Assembly (NCBI RefSeq): GCF_018350175.1
Contig: NC_058368.1
Location: forward strand, 118,236,001 to 118,300,000
From: Felis catus
Taxonomy: Eukaryota
Length of the DNA: 64,000 nucleotides
Reading direction: 5' to 3'
Below are positions 11,497 to 24,075 of the stretch, piece after piece. Position numbers and translations under genes: made by a program. The number at the start of each line of letters is the position of its first letter. Position 1 is the stretch's first letter. The notes under the pieces were generated by a model. The model did not search any database and was not told the origin of the DNA. It saw only the letters and a program-made list of their open reading frames with translations.

Positions 11497-11740
11497 GGGG
11501 CACCTGGGTGGCTCTGTCAGTTTAGCATCTGACTCTTGATCTTAGCTTAGGTCATGATCTCACGGTTCATGAGTTTGAGCCCCACCCACGTTGGGCTCTG
11601 TGCTGACAGCATGGAGTCTGCTTGGTATTCTCTCTCTCTCCCTCTCTCTCCAGCCCTCCCCCACTCATGCTCTCTCCCTCTCTCTCTCTCTCACTCTCTT
11701 TCTCTCCCTATCAAAATAAATAAATAAACTTTTAAAAAAT
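11497..11740 (+). mobile_element. CanSINE
   Basis: Head, long CT tract, A tail. Confidence 0.92.
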
Positions 11741-11743
11741 TAC

Positions 11744-11968
11744 AGGCACCTGGGTAGCTCAGTTGGTTAGGCATCTGACTCCGGCTCAGGTCATGATCTC
11801 GTGGTCTGTGAGTTCAAACACTGTGTGGGGCTCTGTGCTGACAGCTCAGAGCCTGGAGACTGCTTTGGATTCTATGTTGCTCACTATCTCTTTGCCCCTC
11901 CCCTGTTTCTCTCTTTGTTCTCTCTCTCTCTCAAAAATAAATAATAGCCATTAAAATTAAAAAAAAAA
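11744..11968 (+). mobile_element. CanSINE
   Basis: aggcacctgggtagctcagttggttagg head, CT tract, tail. Confidence 0.9.
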
Positions 11969-12180
11969 TTTTTTTTTCAACGTTTATTTATTTTTGGGAC
12001 AGAGAGAGACAGAGCATGAACAGGGGAGGGGCAGAGAGAGAGGGAGACACAGAATCGGAAACAGGCTCCAGGCTCTGAGCCATCAGCCCAGAGCCTGACG
12101 CGGGGCTTGAACTCACAGACCGTGAGATCGTGACCTGGCTGAAGTCGGACGCTTAACCGACTGCGCCATCCAGGCGCCCC
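11969..12180 (-). mobile_element. Young CanSINE (SINEC_Fc)
   Basis: Near-consensus minus-strand copy ending caggcgcccc. Confidence 0.94.
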
Positions 12181-12219
12181 AAAATTTTTTTAATAAAAAA
12201 AAAAGATTGACCACTAAAA

Positions 12220-13240
12220 GAAAAGAAATAGAATGCAGTGATTCCAACCAGCAACTGGTAAGAATAGGGGAAATGAGGTGAAAAAAATCTGTACTTATCC
12301 AAAATAATCTAGAAAAAGAATAGAAAATCAAAAATAGTACTCAAAATTAGGTGGCAGAAAGAAATCCAAATATATTTATATTCACAATAAATGTAAGTGG
12401 ACTAAATTTACTAGCTACTGGATTTTTTTATGTTTATTTACTTATTTTGAGAAAGAGAGAGAGAGAGAGAGAGAGCAAGCACCAGCTGGGGAGGAACAGA
12501 GAGAGAGAGGGAGAGAGAGAATGCTAAGCAGGCTCCATGCTGTCAGTGCAGAGCCTGATGTGGGGCTTGGTCTCACAAACCATGAGATCATGACCTGAGC
12601 CAAAATCAAGAGTCAGACGCTTTAACCAACTGAGCTGCCAGGCACCTTGCTACTGGATTTAAAAAAATTTCACCTATACTCTGATTATAAAAGACATGTT
12701 TAAAATGTAAGGGCAGAAAGGTTAAAATCAAAAGGATGAAAAATAGATACCAGACCAATCTTAACAAAAATTAAAAGTTGGTATGGCTGTATTAATATCA
12801 TAGAAACTAGGTCTAAGGCAAAAAGAGTGATCAAGAATAAGAGGGATCACTGCATAATGATAAGTAGAATAATTAAACAGAAAGATATAACAACTTTAAA
12901 CTTGTGTATAGTTAATGACATAGCCTCATAGCCTCAAACTATATGAAACAAAAATTAACAAAAATATAAAGAACTTGGCAAATCCACCATGGTGAGATTT
13001 TAATACCTTTCTGTCATAAATGATAAAGCAAACAGACAAAAATATTAATAAAGTTGCAGATCGAAATGCACAATTAACAAGTTTAATTGAGTGAACATAT
13101 CAGGGAACCCTGCATCCAACAGTTAGTGAACACTATTCTTCTCAAGGATGCATAGAACATTTTTGTAAACCGACGGTGTACCAGGTCATAAAGCAAGACT
13201 CAACACAAGTAGAAGAATCCATTTTGTTCAGACTATTCTG
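12220..13240 (+). mobile_element. Degenerate LINE-1 ORF2 endonuclease-region fragment (interrupted by a SINE)
   Basis: aataaatgtaagtggactaaat (approx. INVSGLN), gagggatcactgcataatgata (approx. EGHYIMI), gagattttaatacc (approx. GDFNT), ttcttctcaagg...ggtcataaa. Confidence 0.8.
12426..12648 (-). mobile_element. CanSINE
   Basis: TSD GCTACTGGATTT (12414-12425 and 12649-12660). Confidence 0.92.
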
Positions 13241-13299
13241 TGGGGAGGGTAGAAATCACTCCTATGCGTCCCATTAGTGACAAAACCCTTTCAACTGTA

Positions 13300-14655
13300 C
13301 CTTTTTAATGTCTCTTAAACTCATCCTCTATTCTCCATCCTCACTATGGCTGCTCACCACAGATGGAACACCTTGTCTCACCTGGGCTGCTAAGGCAGGC
13401 AAACGGCGTCTGTCTTCTTCACCTCTGCAACCTTCCAACCCACTTTTGATTCCACTACTAATGTCCTTTCCAAGGCATGAGTCTAATCATCATTCTCCTG
13501 CTGAAGATCTTTGCGTCACTGGGTTCTCTGCTGCCATCAGGATAAAACCCAGACTCTACCGTGACCTGTGAGGCATTCATCATCAGGTCCCTGCCTAACT
13601 CTGTTGCCTTATCTCTTATTGGCCTGTTCTTCTTGTAGCTCCCCCGCCCCGCCCCCCCCCCCAACACACACACACTCTCACATTCCACATTCACCGACCA
13701 GCGTTCTCTCTCCCTTACTCCCTCCACCTTCTACCATGGCCTGACTAGGTCATACTCACCCTTCAAAAATTCATCTCAGATATTTCTCTTTCAGAATGTT
13801 GATTTGGATACATCCCCCAGCCCTAACCTCCCTTTTCTTCTGCCACACCACACATACCAGTTTATGTTTGAGTTGATTTCCTAATGCTCCCACAGCAACA
13901 TTTCTTTTACCCTATGGAAGCACTGGGTATAATTCCCGCGTATGTTTCCCACCTATATCTTTCACTGGTTTCCCATTGCTCTCAGAATAAAGACTAAGGC
14001 CTTATCTGTATCTCTTTGTAATGTATATAATGTTGAGTCACTATGTTGTACACTTGAAACTAACATAATATTGTGTGTCAATTACATTTCAATTACAAAC
14101 AAAATAAAATAAATAAAAGTTAACATTTACTTGAAAAAAAAAAAATTCTACCTGCAGGGCTCTGAGGACTAGCCCTGGCTTCCTCCCCTGCCTCCTTTTC
14201 CACCATGTTCTCTACCCAAACTGGCCTTCCATTTGCTTGAAATCATTGTGTCCCTTTTTGCCCTATGATCTTTGCCTATACTGCTCCCTCTCTCTAGAGC
14301 GCTCTTTCTTTCTTTCCCTCTACCCTCCTTGCCTGGTTAACTCCTACGTTTTGTTCAAGCCTTAGTTCAGTTGCCAATTCCGCAAGGAAGACTTTCCTGA
14401 CTTTCCTTAACTGGGTCAGGTTCCTCCAGGTCTCAAAGGACCGTTTAACATTTCCTCAGAGCTCTTACTTCATTTTTTAATTACACATTCATTCTTGTGA
14501 TTATTTAATTAATGTCTCCCTTTATGACTGGACTGTCAGCTCCACAATAGTACAAACCAATCTGTCTTGCTTACCATGGTCTCTCAGTGCCTGGCAGAAT
14601 GCCTGGCATCTAATGGGCCCTTGATAAATATTTGTTGAATGAGTGAATGAATATA
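13300..14655 (+). mobile_element. L2 LINE fragments (with a short L1 3' tail inside)
   Basis: L2 3' end gtgcctggca...ataaatatttgttgaatgagtgaatgaa near 14590-14650. Confidence 0.6.
14022..14120 (+). mobile_element. LINE-1 3' terminus with A-rich tail
   Basis: tcactatgttgtacacttgaaactaacataatattgtgtgtcaattac + A tail. Confidence 0.75.
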
Positions 14656-14953
14656 ATGTAACTAAGATTACCTGACTGTCTCCTTCATTAGTCTCTGCAG
14701 CTCTGGAACAAAAGCTGTGCCTGTTTTTTCTAGGCCTTGCACTTAGCAAATGCCTCCACATAATCATTGTTCTCTGCATGTTTGTTGATTGAATCCCAGG
14801 CCAGTTCCTTCTTGGGAGCCTCTAGTGGAAACATGCTATCATGGGACCTAATTAGTAGGTGAGGTCTTTCAGGTATTAACAGAGAGGCTAAACCAAGAAC
14901 CTAAATGGATTTTAAGTGGGTTCAAACTAGGCTGCTTGGTTAAAGCAGACCCA

Positions 14954-15150
14954 GGGGAGCCAGGGTGGGTCAGTTGGTTAAGTGTCCGAATCCTGACTTT
15001 GGCTCAGGTCATGATCTCACAGTTGTGAAATCTGTGCTCGCAGTGCTGCTGGGCCTGCTTTGGATTCCCCCTCTCCTCTCTGTCTGCCCCTCCCCCACGC
15101 CCTCTCTCTCTCAAAATAAATGACCTTTTTTTTTTTTTAATTAAAAGAAA
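14954..15150 (+). mobile_element. CanSINE (diverged, internal deletion)
   Basis: Head and CT tract; TSD approx. CAGACCCAG. Confidence 0.85.
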
Positions 15151-15663
15151 AAAACCAGACCCAGCCTTTTTTCCATCTTGTAGAAGTTACTTCCTTACTT
15201 CTTTGAAGGCAATATCATGGACTTGAAGGATCTCAAGAAAAGATCAGACCATTTAGTCTCAAGTCTGAACTCTCTATCTAACCACAAAAAAACTTGTAGG
15301 GCCTTAAAAGAATTCTAGGTTTTATTGTTTCTGCCTGGGAGTGCCAGGTTGGCAGGAACTCACTTCACACTCTCTGGTGAAGGAAAACTTGCCTGAAGAA
15401 AGAGACAGAGTGTTCTTCTGTCTTTCCCTGTCCTCCACCCGCAGTGATCTATACCAGGTCTGGGGAGGGGATCCAGCCATGGCTGACTGGTGGGACTAGC
15501 ATCTTGGTGTGCTTCTCCCAGGCCAGTTCTGTTCCATGAGCTGAAATCTCGTCTTCCAGAGCTGGCAGCAAACTCTGGACATGGCCATGGGGTAGGCTTG
15601 GTAGTGTCGTACAGGAGATGGTTCCTATAGATTTGTGAAAGCCAATTTTTGAATATTCAAAAT

Positions 15664-15716
15664 CTTCCTTCCTTCCTTCCTTCCTTCCTTCCTTCCTTCC
15701 TTCCTTCCTTCCTTCT
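15664..15716. repeat. (TTCC)n microsatellite
   Basis: About 13 units. Confidence 0.95.
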
Positions 15717-15759
15717 TTTTCTCTGATAGCTGGTTTACCAGCATGCTGCTAGACTCAGG

Positions 15760-15955
15760 TTTCAGTCCTGGGTGGACACTCACTAACAAACTCATTCAGT
15801 TTCACAGGGCCTCAGTTTTCTCATCTGCAGAATAGGACCCCATAACAGTAGCTACCACACAGTTGCTGTAAGTGTTAAGTGATCAAGCACATAAAGCGCT
15901 AAGCCCAGCACTTGAAAACTTGTAAGCATTCATAGATGTTGCTTGATTATCATTC
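15760..15955 (+). mobile_element. MIR remnant
   Basis: gcctcagttttctcatctgcagaatagg...aaagcgctaagcccag. Confidence 0.65.
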
Positions 15956-16432
15956 TCCATGTATCTTGTTGTCTTTTGCTAATCACCTGTGCTATTGACT
16001 GAGGATTGGACAAACTTGGCTCTTAACATTTAGTAATATTTTAGCAATATTTAAAACATATTATTTTCTAAGTACCATTACCCCTGATGTGCAAGTGATG
16101 CCCTCTTATTTACTCAGCAGCTGAATATGATGTACTAGTGACCATCCTCAGTGTGTTTCACAGGTTTGTGTATTACCGTCCAGGATGACAGAGAACCTGT
16201 GGATTCAGTAGTCTCTCTCTCCTCTTCTTTAATTTAGACTCTTTCTAATCCTAAAGAATCCCCAAGTTACTGAGAATAAACTGTCCCCTGGCTTCCAGAA
16301 TCAAATATTCTTTGAGGGAGATCAAGATGTTATACTCTAGATGCCAACCACTTGTACTCAGCACCTGCCACAGGCAGACCGTTGGGGAAATTTAAGAAAG
16401 AAAATAAAGAGAAAGAAAAGGAAATGAAAAGA

Positions 16433-16752
16433 AGGACCTCAAATCCCTAATCTACATTCTGAAATGCAACATGCTCTGAAAACTAGACATTCTTTCGTAA
16501 CTCAGATTGTGGCAAAACCTGACCCAGACGGTCCTGAGACTGCTTAAAGTCTTTATTTATCACCTATGTGTTCATTATGTGTGTGATCTGGTGCAGAATC
16601 ACCAATGTGTTTGATTATAGGGGACTGCTCCAGACCCCACAGAAGTTCTTCCTTAATATACAATAAATGCAACCAATTGTCTTTCTAAAATCCCCCAAAT
16701 CCTGGGGTCAGCAATTTGTCTAGCTTTTCAGATAAGGGATTCCGGGCCTGCA
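16433..16752. mobile_element. TcMar-Tigger-type non-autonomous DNA transposon remnant
   Basis: Imperfect TIRs aggacctcaaatccctaatct / agataagggattccgggcctg. Confidence 0.6.
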
Positions 16753-17742
16753 GTAGAAATCACAGTGTCTGTCATACGGAGGTTAGAGTCTGGCCATACC
16801 AGATCAATCAAGCCGAGCTTCCAATAAGAGGGGCATAGATGCTTGGACCACAGATAGCTGGCCAGAAGTGCAGCCTCTAAAGCCAGTCCAGCTGTATCAC
16901 CCAACAGCTCAATCCCAGTCTTAGCCCCCACACTCCTTTATGAGGAGCAAAAGATATAAGCAGATACACACACTTTCCCAATGATCTCCAATACCCATTA
17001 TTTGTTCCCTGGGTTCTGGATCTTTAATTCTCTGTGTGGCTTGTCTGCCCCCAAAACGCTGACTCCCATAGAGCATCATTCTGTTGGAGGTCAGGAATTA
17101 TTTTAATGCTTAGACAAAACACCCTGTGAGAGGAACCACAGAGCACTCCCTGGCATCGCGACATGCTCTGAGGCCCCAGTTGTGCCCGAACTTTAATGGT
17201 ACACCCTGGCCCAGAGCATCCTGCAGGCTCTCGGCCATCCTGAAGACCAGCACACGTCTTAAATGGAAGTATCCTTCCTACAGACTGACGATTTAAAGGC
17301 CTGGGCTTCCAGCCAAACGCAGAGCAATTCTGCAGGGGCTCCATCAGCCCTGGTCCCTTCCTCTAGCCTTCCCTTACTGATGTGCCTCCAAAAATCTTTT
17401 GAAAATGTTGTGCAAGTTACAATCTCCAGAACCAGCCCACGAGGACATTCCTTTCCCAAAGACAGCAGACCTTCCAACTCACAGGACGATGGTTTGTTTG
17501 CTAGGTCTTTTTTCTTCCCTCCTGAGCTACAAAATTTGGCTTCTCCAAGCTTAGTCTTTTGAAGTAAGTGTTTGTTATCTCTTTGGAAATGCTGGGGGCT
17601 TTCCCTACCATATGTTTCCCAACAGTCTGTTCTGAACATACCCATAAATAATCAAATAAGCCCATAAATAATAAAATAGTGACTTTTTCTTGAACATTTA
17701 CTATGTACCAGATCCTGTCCTAAGTACTTTACATACATTATT

Positions 17743-17988
17743 AAAAAAAATTTTTTTTAATGTTTATTTATTTTTGAGAGAGAGAGAGAGAGGGAGAGAG
17801 AGAGAGAGAGAGAGACAGACAGCATGAGTGGGAGAGGGGCAGGGAGAGGGAGGCACAGAATCTGAAATAGGCTCCAGACTCTGAGCTGTCAGCACAGAGC
17901 CCGATGCGGGGCTTTGAACTCATGAACCGTGAGATCATGACCTGAGCCAAAGTCGGATGCTTAACCAGCTGAGCCACCCAGGTGCCCC
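17743..17988 (-). mobile_element. CanSINE inside a MIR
   Basis: Perfect TSD ACATACATTATT. Confidence 0.94.
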
Positions 17989-18034
17989 ACATACATTATT
18001 TTAATTAATCCTCAGAGTTCTGTGAGATAGGCAT

Positions 18035-18048
18035 TTTCTTTCTTTCTT

Positions 18049-18103
<55 letters not shown>

Positions 18104-18112
18104 CTTTCTTTT
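18035..18112. repeat. (TTTC)n/(TC)n polypyrimidine microsatellite
   Basis: Direct inspection. Confidence 0.92.
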
Positions 18113-18871
18113 GTAGGCTGGGAGATCAATGAATAGAGTGATATCTTCCATGTAATCGTCTTCCGTAGCCTGATCATGTCCCAAGATTTAATTAAATGAA
18201 CAGGGAGGCTTGCCCTGAACTGAACTCAAGGCATTGCTTTTTTTATCCCCAGTTTGCAACTAAGGACACCAAGGCTTGGAGAGTTTAAACAGTTCGTTTA
18301 AGGTCATACAGATAAATCAATGTTAGAGCTGCAACCGGAAGGTAGGGTTTTCTGACTGCAGCGTCCATGATTGTAACTGCCACAGAAATATGGGAAACAG
18401 AAAAAATGCCTCTGGTTGAGTGATCCTTAGCTTCTCTATTCGGTTTATTCTCCAGTCCCCTAGCCCGCATAAGTCAGGTAGCCCCATCGACAGATACTTG
18501 TGTCTTGAGTGGAGTCTTTGCAAGTTCCTCCCTTGACACAGAACTGTCCCCTTTCGAAGCACTATAATGGCCTCACCAGCACTTTCTGATTGGCCCAGTG
18601 GCAGTCAAGTGACTCTTAGCTTTTATCACAGTAGAATCACTTGCCATTGCTTTTAAAGGACTGGGGTGAGCCCAGAGCCCACTCTGGGAACCCAGTGGAT
18701 AGTCCTACTTCAGACTGGGCTGGAAAGGCCATGGAAAAGGGAAGTTCTCATAGACCTGGGCTTTGGTTTCTGCTGTGTCATTAACTATTTGCATGACTGA
18801 GCAAGTCATTTAATCTTTCTGATCCTCAGCTGCCTCTTCTGTAAACTGAAGCTATTAAGAATACTGATCTC

Positions 18872-19079
18872 GGGGCGCCTGGGTGGCTCAGTCGGTTAAG
18901 CGACTTCAGCTCAGGTCATGATCTCACAGTCCGTGAGTTCGAGCCCCACATTGGGCTCTGTGCTGACAGCTCAGAGCCTGGAGTCTGCTTCTGATTCTGT
19001 GTCCCCCTCTCTGCCCTCCCCCAGTCACACTCTGTCTCTCTCAAAAATGAATAAATGTTAAAAAAAATTAAAAAAAAAC
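18872..19079 (+). mobile_element. CanSINE inside a MIR
   Basis: Perfect TSD AATACTGATCTC. Confidence 0.94.
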
Positions 19080-19205
19080 AATACTGATCTCCTCATGGTG
19101 TCACGACAAAGGAATAGAGAAAGGCAGGTCTGGGAAGGGTCTCACATACAGTGAATGCCTAGGAAATAGAAGGTGTTGTTATGGTTGTTAATTAGAGCCT
19201 GTGTT

Positions 19206-19229
19206 AAAAAAATTTTTTTAATGTTTATT

Positions 19230-19276
<47 letters not shown>

Positions 19277-19402
19277 CCAAAGCAGGTTCCAGACTCTGAG
19301 CTGTCAGCACAGAGCCTGACGCAGGGCTTGAACTCACAAACTGTGAGATCATGACCTGAGCCGAAGTTGGACACTCAACCAACTGAGCCACCCAGGCACC
19401 CC
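19206..19402 (-). mobile_element. CanSINE with expanded (GA)n
   Basis: TSD approx. GAGCCTrTGTT. Confidence 0.9.
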
Positions 19403-21094
19403 AGTAGGAGCCTATGTTTTAATGCATGGATTATTTGCATTTTTATGGCACTTGGAGTTTCACAAAGCATTTCATGTGGGTAAGCAGGCATCTCTAGGTG
19501 CCTGTGGTGTAGATAATATGAGCGGTATTTTATAATCATTTTGTATTTTTTATTCCTCCTATTACATGAGATAGTGAACACTTTGTCTTTTTCTCTAGCC
19601 AAGAGAAGTGTGACACAGAGAGGCTAAACAGCCTATCAAAGCAAATCTGTGGCTTAGCCAAGAGCAAAACCCTGAGTCCCAAGACATCACTTTATTATGT
19701 CACGCCTCTGTTGGGCAGCCTCATTTCAAGGGCCCCATGTTCATTGAAAACACTGAAAAGTAAAAAAAGACAAAACTCACATTTCTGCCAGACAGATGAT
19801 ATCCAGGCGTTTCTGGAAGAATGATTAGCAATCCCGGCGTGAGGTTTTGTGTTGAAGGTGCTTGGATACGAAGGAGGAATGTAAAACCCCACGGAGCTCG
19901 TTTCACATGTCACAGTCTATTCTGGATCTTGAAAGTGGGCCTCGGAGGCCCCAGCTGTGCCCCAAGAGAGCTGCATTCCTGCGGAGCCTTCCAGCACCAC
20001 GCAGGAGGCAGGGGGTGGGGAGCAGGGCCCAGGATTTGCAAAGGGACCCAGTGGGTGTCTCAGCCAAAGAACAGGAAGCAAATAATAAGCTACCCCAGCG
20101 CCAGCCTTCCAGGGCTTAGTTTTTGCAGAGCCTACATTAGGACAGTATAAACCTTGTTTTCTTTTGCATTATTTCTTTTTAAGGACTTTGGCTATTTTTA
20201 GAGGTTCCTTCTACTTGCCAACTCTCTTTGAACCCACACAAAAAGTCCAAAAGGGACCATTCTCCCGTCTCCCCAGTTTGCCCTGTTTCAGCATGCCCAA
20301 TGCTCTCATGGTCCTGTGACCGTGTCATTGGCATTCTCCACACAGGCCTGCACACACCCCAGCTGTTGGCAGGAGCCAGGTGGGTTTGATGGGAAGGAGA
20401 TGGAGCAAGAGAATACGAGCAAAGGCTCTGGGCAAGGACTGGTGTCTGATAAGGGATGAAAGAGCTTGGAAGTGTGTTGGAATCTCGTATCCAAGAAGGT
20501 AAACTCAGATAAATCTGCGCCCGGTATCTAGCATCTCCAGGAAGGTGCACACTGTGCGTCCCACTCACAGGTAGGTACCGGGAAGCTCGACAGTGTGCTC
20601 GTCTGTCAAACATGGCCTCTCACGGGAGTCCGCTTTCATTTTGGAAGGCGGTTCAAAGCATGGTTTGCTTTCATCCCTGCAACTCCTCATGGCTTCTCTT
20701 CTTGTTTATTTCTTTTTTTCTACATAACCTTTCCAAGCCATTTACACCCCGCACTACCCACTGCTCCTCTCTCATGCTTTAGAGATCAAAGTGCTACTCT
20801 TTTGGGTGGGGTTGTTTGAAAAATGAAGAATTTCTACACTGTTGGCCTTTGAGAGTAGATTAGGCAACAGGAGGTAAGAAGAAATGTCAGATGGACTTCT
20901 CCTTACTTCTCTTGGCTGCCATCTTTTTGCACATAATTTCTGCTGGCTTTCAAAGGTCCTGCATTCCTTGGTTCCTCCTTGGTGTTGTCAGGTTCAAGGG
21001 GCTCCTCTGGAATTTCCATAAATCTAGACATTTAGATGGGTGTGGGGCAGACAGGAGGCAGAACATTTTCCAACGTTCCCCAATGTTGTGTTCT

Positions 21095-21274
21095 TTTTTT
21101 TTTAATGTTTATTTTTGACAGGGGGGCAGGGGCAGAAAGAGGGGGACAGAGGATCTGAAGCAGGTTCTGTGCTGACAGCAGCAAGCCTGATCAGGGGTTT
21201 GAACTCACAAACCACAAGGTCATAACCTGAGCTGATGTCAGATGCTTAACTGACTGAGCCGCCCATGTGGCCCG
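21095..21274 (-). mobile_element. CanSINE (shortened)
   Basis: TSD CCAATrTTGTrTTCT. Confidence 0.88.
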
Positions 21275-21655
21275 CCAATATTGTATTCTTGACCCCTCAG
21301 TGGTGACAATACCTTTCTCAGAGATGTGTTTGTATAGAAAATAAGTCAGTGGTATTGTTTTTCCATAACTGTCCTCCATAGGAGTAAGTCATTAGGTTGT
21401 AAAGTTTCACACTCTATAGTGGGAGTTTGGTTGATTTGATTTGCAAAACTTCTTAACACTGCATTGTCAGCAACGTAAGTATCATGTGAAGCAGGGTTTC
21501 TGCCTCTGTGTGCCTAAATGTGTCTGGCCCACCCTGTCTAGGGTAGCTCCCTGCATTCCTCTGTGTATGAGTCCTGTATAACACTTACGATAATTTATGA
21601 CTTTATGTATGTGTTCGCTTACTAGTTATTGACTGTCTCATGCCAACCCCCTTCC

Positions 21656-21658
<3 letters not shown>

Positions 21659-21698
<40 letters not shown>
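21659..21698. repeat. (CA)n microsatellite
   Basis: About 20 units. Confidence 0.96.
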
Positions 21699-21700
<2 letters not shown>

Positions 21701-21840
21701 TGGACTGTGAATCTAATGAGGACCCGTAATCAGGTTTGTTTTGCTCACATATGTTAGTTCCTAGATCTGTGCCTGGTATGTTATAATTTTGCTCAGTGAA
21801 TACTTGGGAATGGATGAAGTCAAGAAATATTTTCTTAGTT

Positions 21841-22047
21841 GGGGCGCCTGGGTGGCTCAGTCAGCTGAGCTTCTGACTTCAGCTCAGGTCACGATCTCAG
21901 GGTCTGTGAGTTCGGGCTCTGCATCAGGCTCTGTGCTGACAGCTCAGAGCCTGGAGCCTGCTTCAGATTCTGTGTGTGTGTCTCTCTCTGCCCCTCCTCC
22001 GCTCATGCTCTCTCTGTCAAAAATAAATAAACATTAAAAAAAAAAAG
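21841..22047 (+). mobile_element. CanSINE
   Basis: TSD AAGAAATATTTTCTTA flanks this and the next copy together. Confidence 0.93.
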
Positions 22048-22285
22048 AGGGGCGCCTGGGTGGCTTGGTCGGTTAAGCGTCCGGCTTCCGCTCAGGTCAT
22101 GATCTCGCGGCCCATGAGTTCAAGCCCCGCGCCGGGCTCTGTGCTGACGGCTCGGAGCCTGGAGCCTGTTTCCGATTCTGTGTCTCCCTCTCTCTCTGCT
22201 CCTCCCCTGTTCATGCTCTGTCTCTCTCTGTCTCAAAAATAAATAAACGTTAAAAAAAATGTTTTTTTTTAATAAAAAAAAAAGA
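22048..22285 (+). mobile_element. CanSINE nested in the A tail of the previous copy
   Basis: CpG-rich copy directly after the poly-A. Confidence 0.93.
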
Positions 22286-22924
22286 AAGAAATATTTTCTT
22301 ACAAAAGCTGTTTGGTTTAAAAAACCTAACTTATCAAAAATAATCCCTATGGAGAAAGGTGATATTTAAGTGTAGTTCCCTTTTTGTGCAGGTCTGTTTA
22401 AGTGTGGTGTTTTGTGTTTGTCAGAAAATAGTGTTTGCCCAGGGAGCTGGGATCACTGTGATCCATATAGGACTCATAAGGCATAGAATAAAGCCTGTCC
22501 CTTCCTTTTCTCTCATTTTCCCTTCCATCTATACATCTTTGTTTCTTCCTGTATTTACTAAATGCTAATCAAATATATACCAATCATGGTAGGGGAGGGA
22601 TGATACTATACCTGCCTCACAGGATTGGTGTGAGGATAAAATGAGATAATTGTATTTACCGGCTTCTGGCAAAGTACCTGACATATTAAGAGCCTGATAA
22701 ATGTTAGCCATTAACAGTATCAGAAGTATTGATGGAGCAACTATTATGTACCTTCTGTCTCGGAGTCTCCAGAATCAGGACAAAGAATAGCATCTGTACC
22801 ACCAGGGGGCTTGTGATGGTTTATGTCCTCCATTTTCTTTGCATAGTATTTATTTTACGAGCCGAGGATTACATGGTAGCCCCCTGGTTTACAGGTGGGG
22901 AAGGTCAGCGAGCCAGAATAACAG

Positions 22925-23320
22925 TGAGGATATGAACAAAATATCAAAATTTTAAATACCACCAGGATCAGTATTACAAGGTTTTTCCTTTTGCCCCGGG
23001 CTCCTTCTGTGGCTTGGCACAGCACCGTTGTGGATCCTGTCTTTTTAAAAGAAATTTGATTTTTTGTTCATCAAGGACTGTTTTGCCCTATATTTGATTT
23101 TCTAAAAAAATGCTGCACTAAATGGGTGACTGGCTTAGAGGAGCGTGCGACTCTTGATCTCGGGGTCATGAGTTTGAGACCTACATTGGATGTAGAGATG
23201 ACTTAAACAAACAAACTTAAAAAAAATATTGCACTAAAATATTCTTTACCTTGGTTTCTGAGTAAACTTGCTTTGTGCCCAAAGCAAGTACCTCCCTTGC
23301 CTCGCCTTAGTCCCAGGCTT
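22925..23320. mobile_element. Palindromic hAT-type MITE (MER96B-like), interrupted by a short SINE
   Basis: Inverted arms atgaacaaaatatcaaaatttt...aggatc / gatcctgtc...tttgattttttgttcat; terminus cttgcctcgccttagtcccagg. Confidence 0.6.
23122..23222 (+). mobile_element. Short CanSINE lacking CT tract (older type)
   Basis: gcgactcttgatctcggggtcatgagtttgag...gtagagatgactta; TSD AAAAAATryTGCACTAAA. Confidence 0.8.
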
Positions 23321-23389
23321 GTGTGTTGGTCAACTTTCTCAACTCTTATGTTGAAGTTAAAGGCTGTCAAATTTATGTACTTAGTACCT

Positions 23390-24075
23390 ACTGTCAATGC
23401 CCAGTCCAGTCCACTGTGGCAACTTCTGAAATAGTCTCCTCTTTTGTCCTCAGCATGCCCCTCCATCATCTTTATACATAGAGTCAGAAGGATCCTTGAA
23501 AACCTACCTCAACCCCTGCTTGCAACCTTCCGTAGCTTTTCATTTCCAAGTAAAATCTGAATCCTTCCCGTGGCCTGCAAGACCCCGTATGGTCTGGCCT
23601 GACCTCCCACCACTCCTTCCCTTTGCCCACTATGCTCTAGCCAGTCCTCCAGTCCTGTCTGCCCTTGGATCCTTGAGTCCAGGGTGGTCCCTTCTACCTG
23701 CCTGCCTTCATGCAGATTGTTTGCTTTCTGGCCCTTTCTCCTGGCTGGCTCCTGCTAACTCTTCAGATGACAGCCAAAGCCACCTCCTCAAGGTTATTCC
23801 CTGACCTCCCCATCTAAGTTCTGTTCCCCCCAGCCTCCATTATTCTCTTTTGTACGTCCTCTTCTTTTCTCCCAATGCTTCCCACCATTTGTAATTAAGT
23901 ATATGTCTACCCAGGCATTGCTGGCCTTTCTGATGCCTTTTCCCACCAGTAGACAGAAAGCTCCTGGAAGGCAGAAGCCATGCTTATTCACCATCTTTTC
24001 CACAGCCCCTCAACAGTGCCTGGCACAGAGCAGTTGCTCGATTATTTGTTGAATAAAAGGGAATGAGTGAATAAA
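23390..24075 (+). mobile_element. L2 LINE 3' fragment
   Basis: acagtgcctggcacagag...atttgttgaat terminus. Confidence 0.65.
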
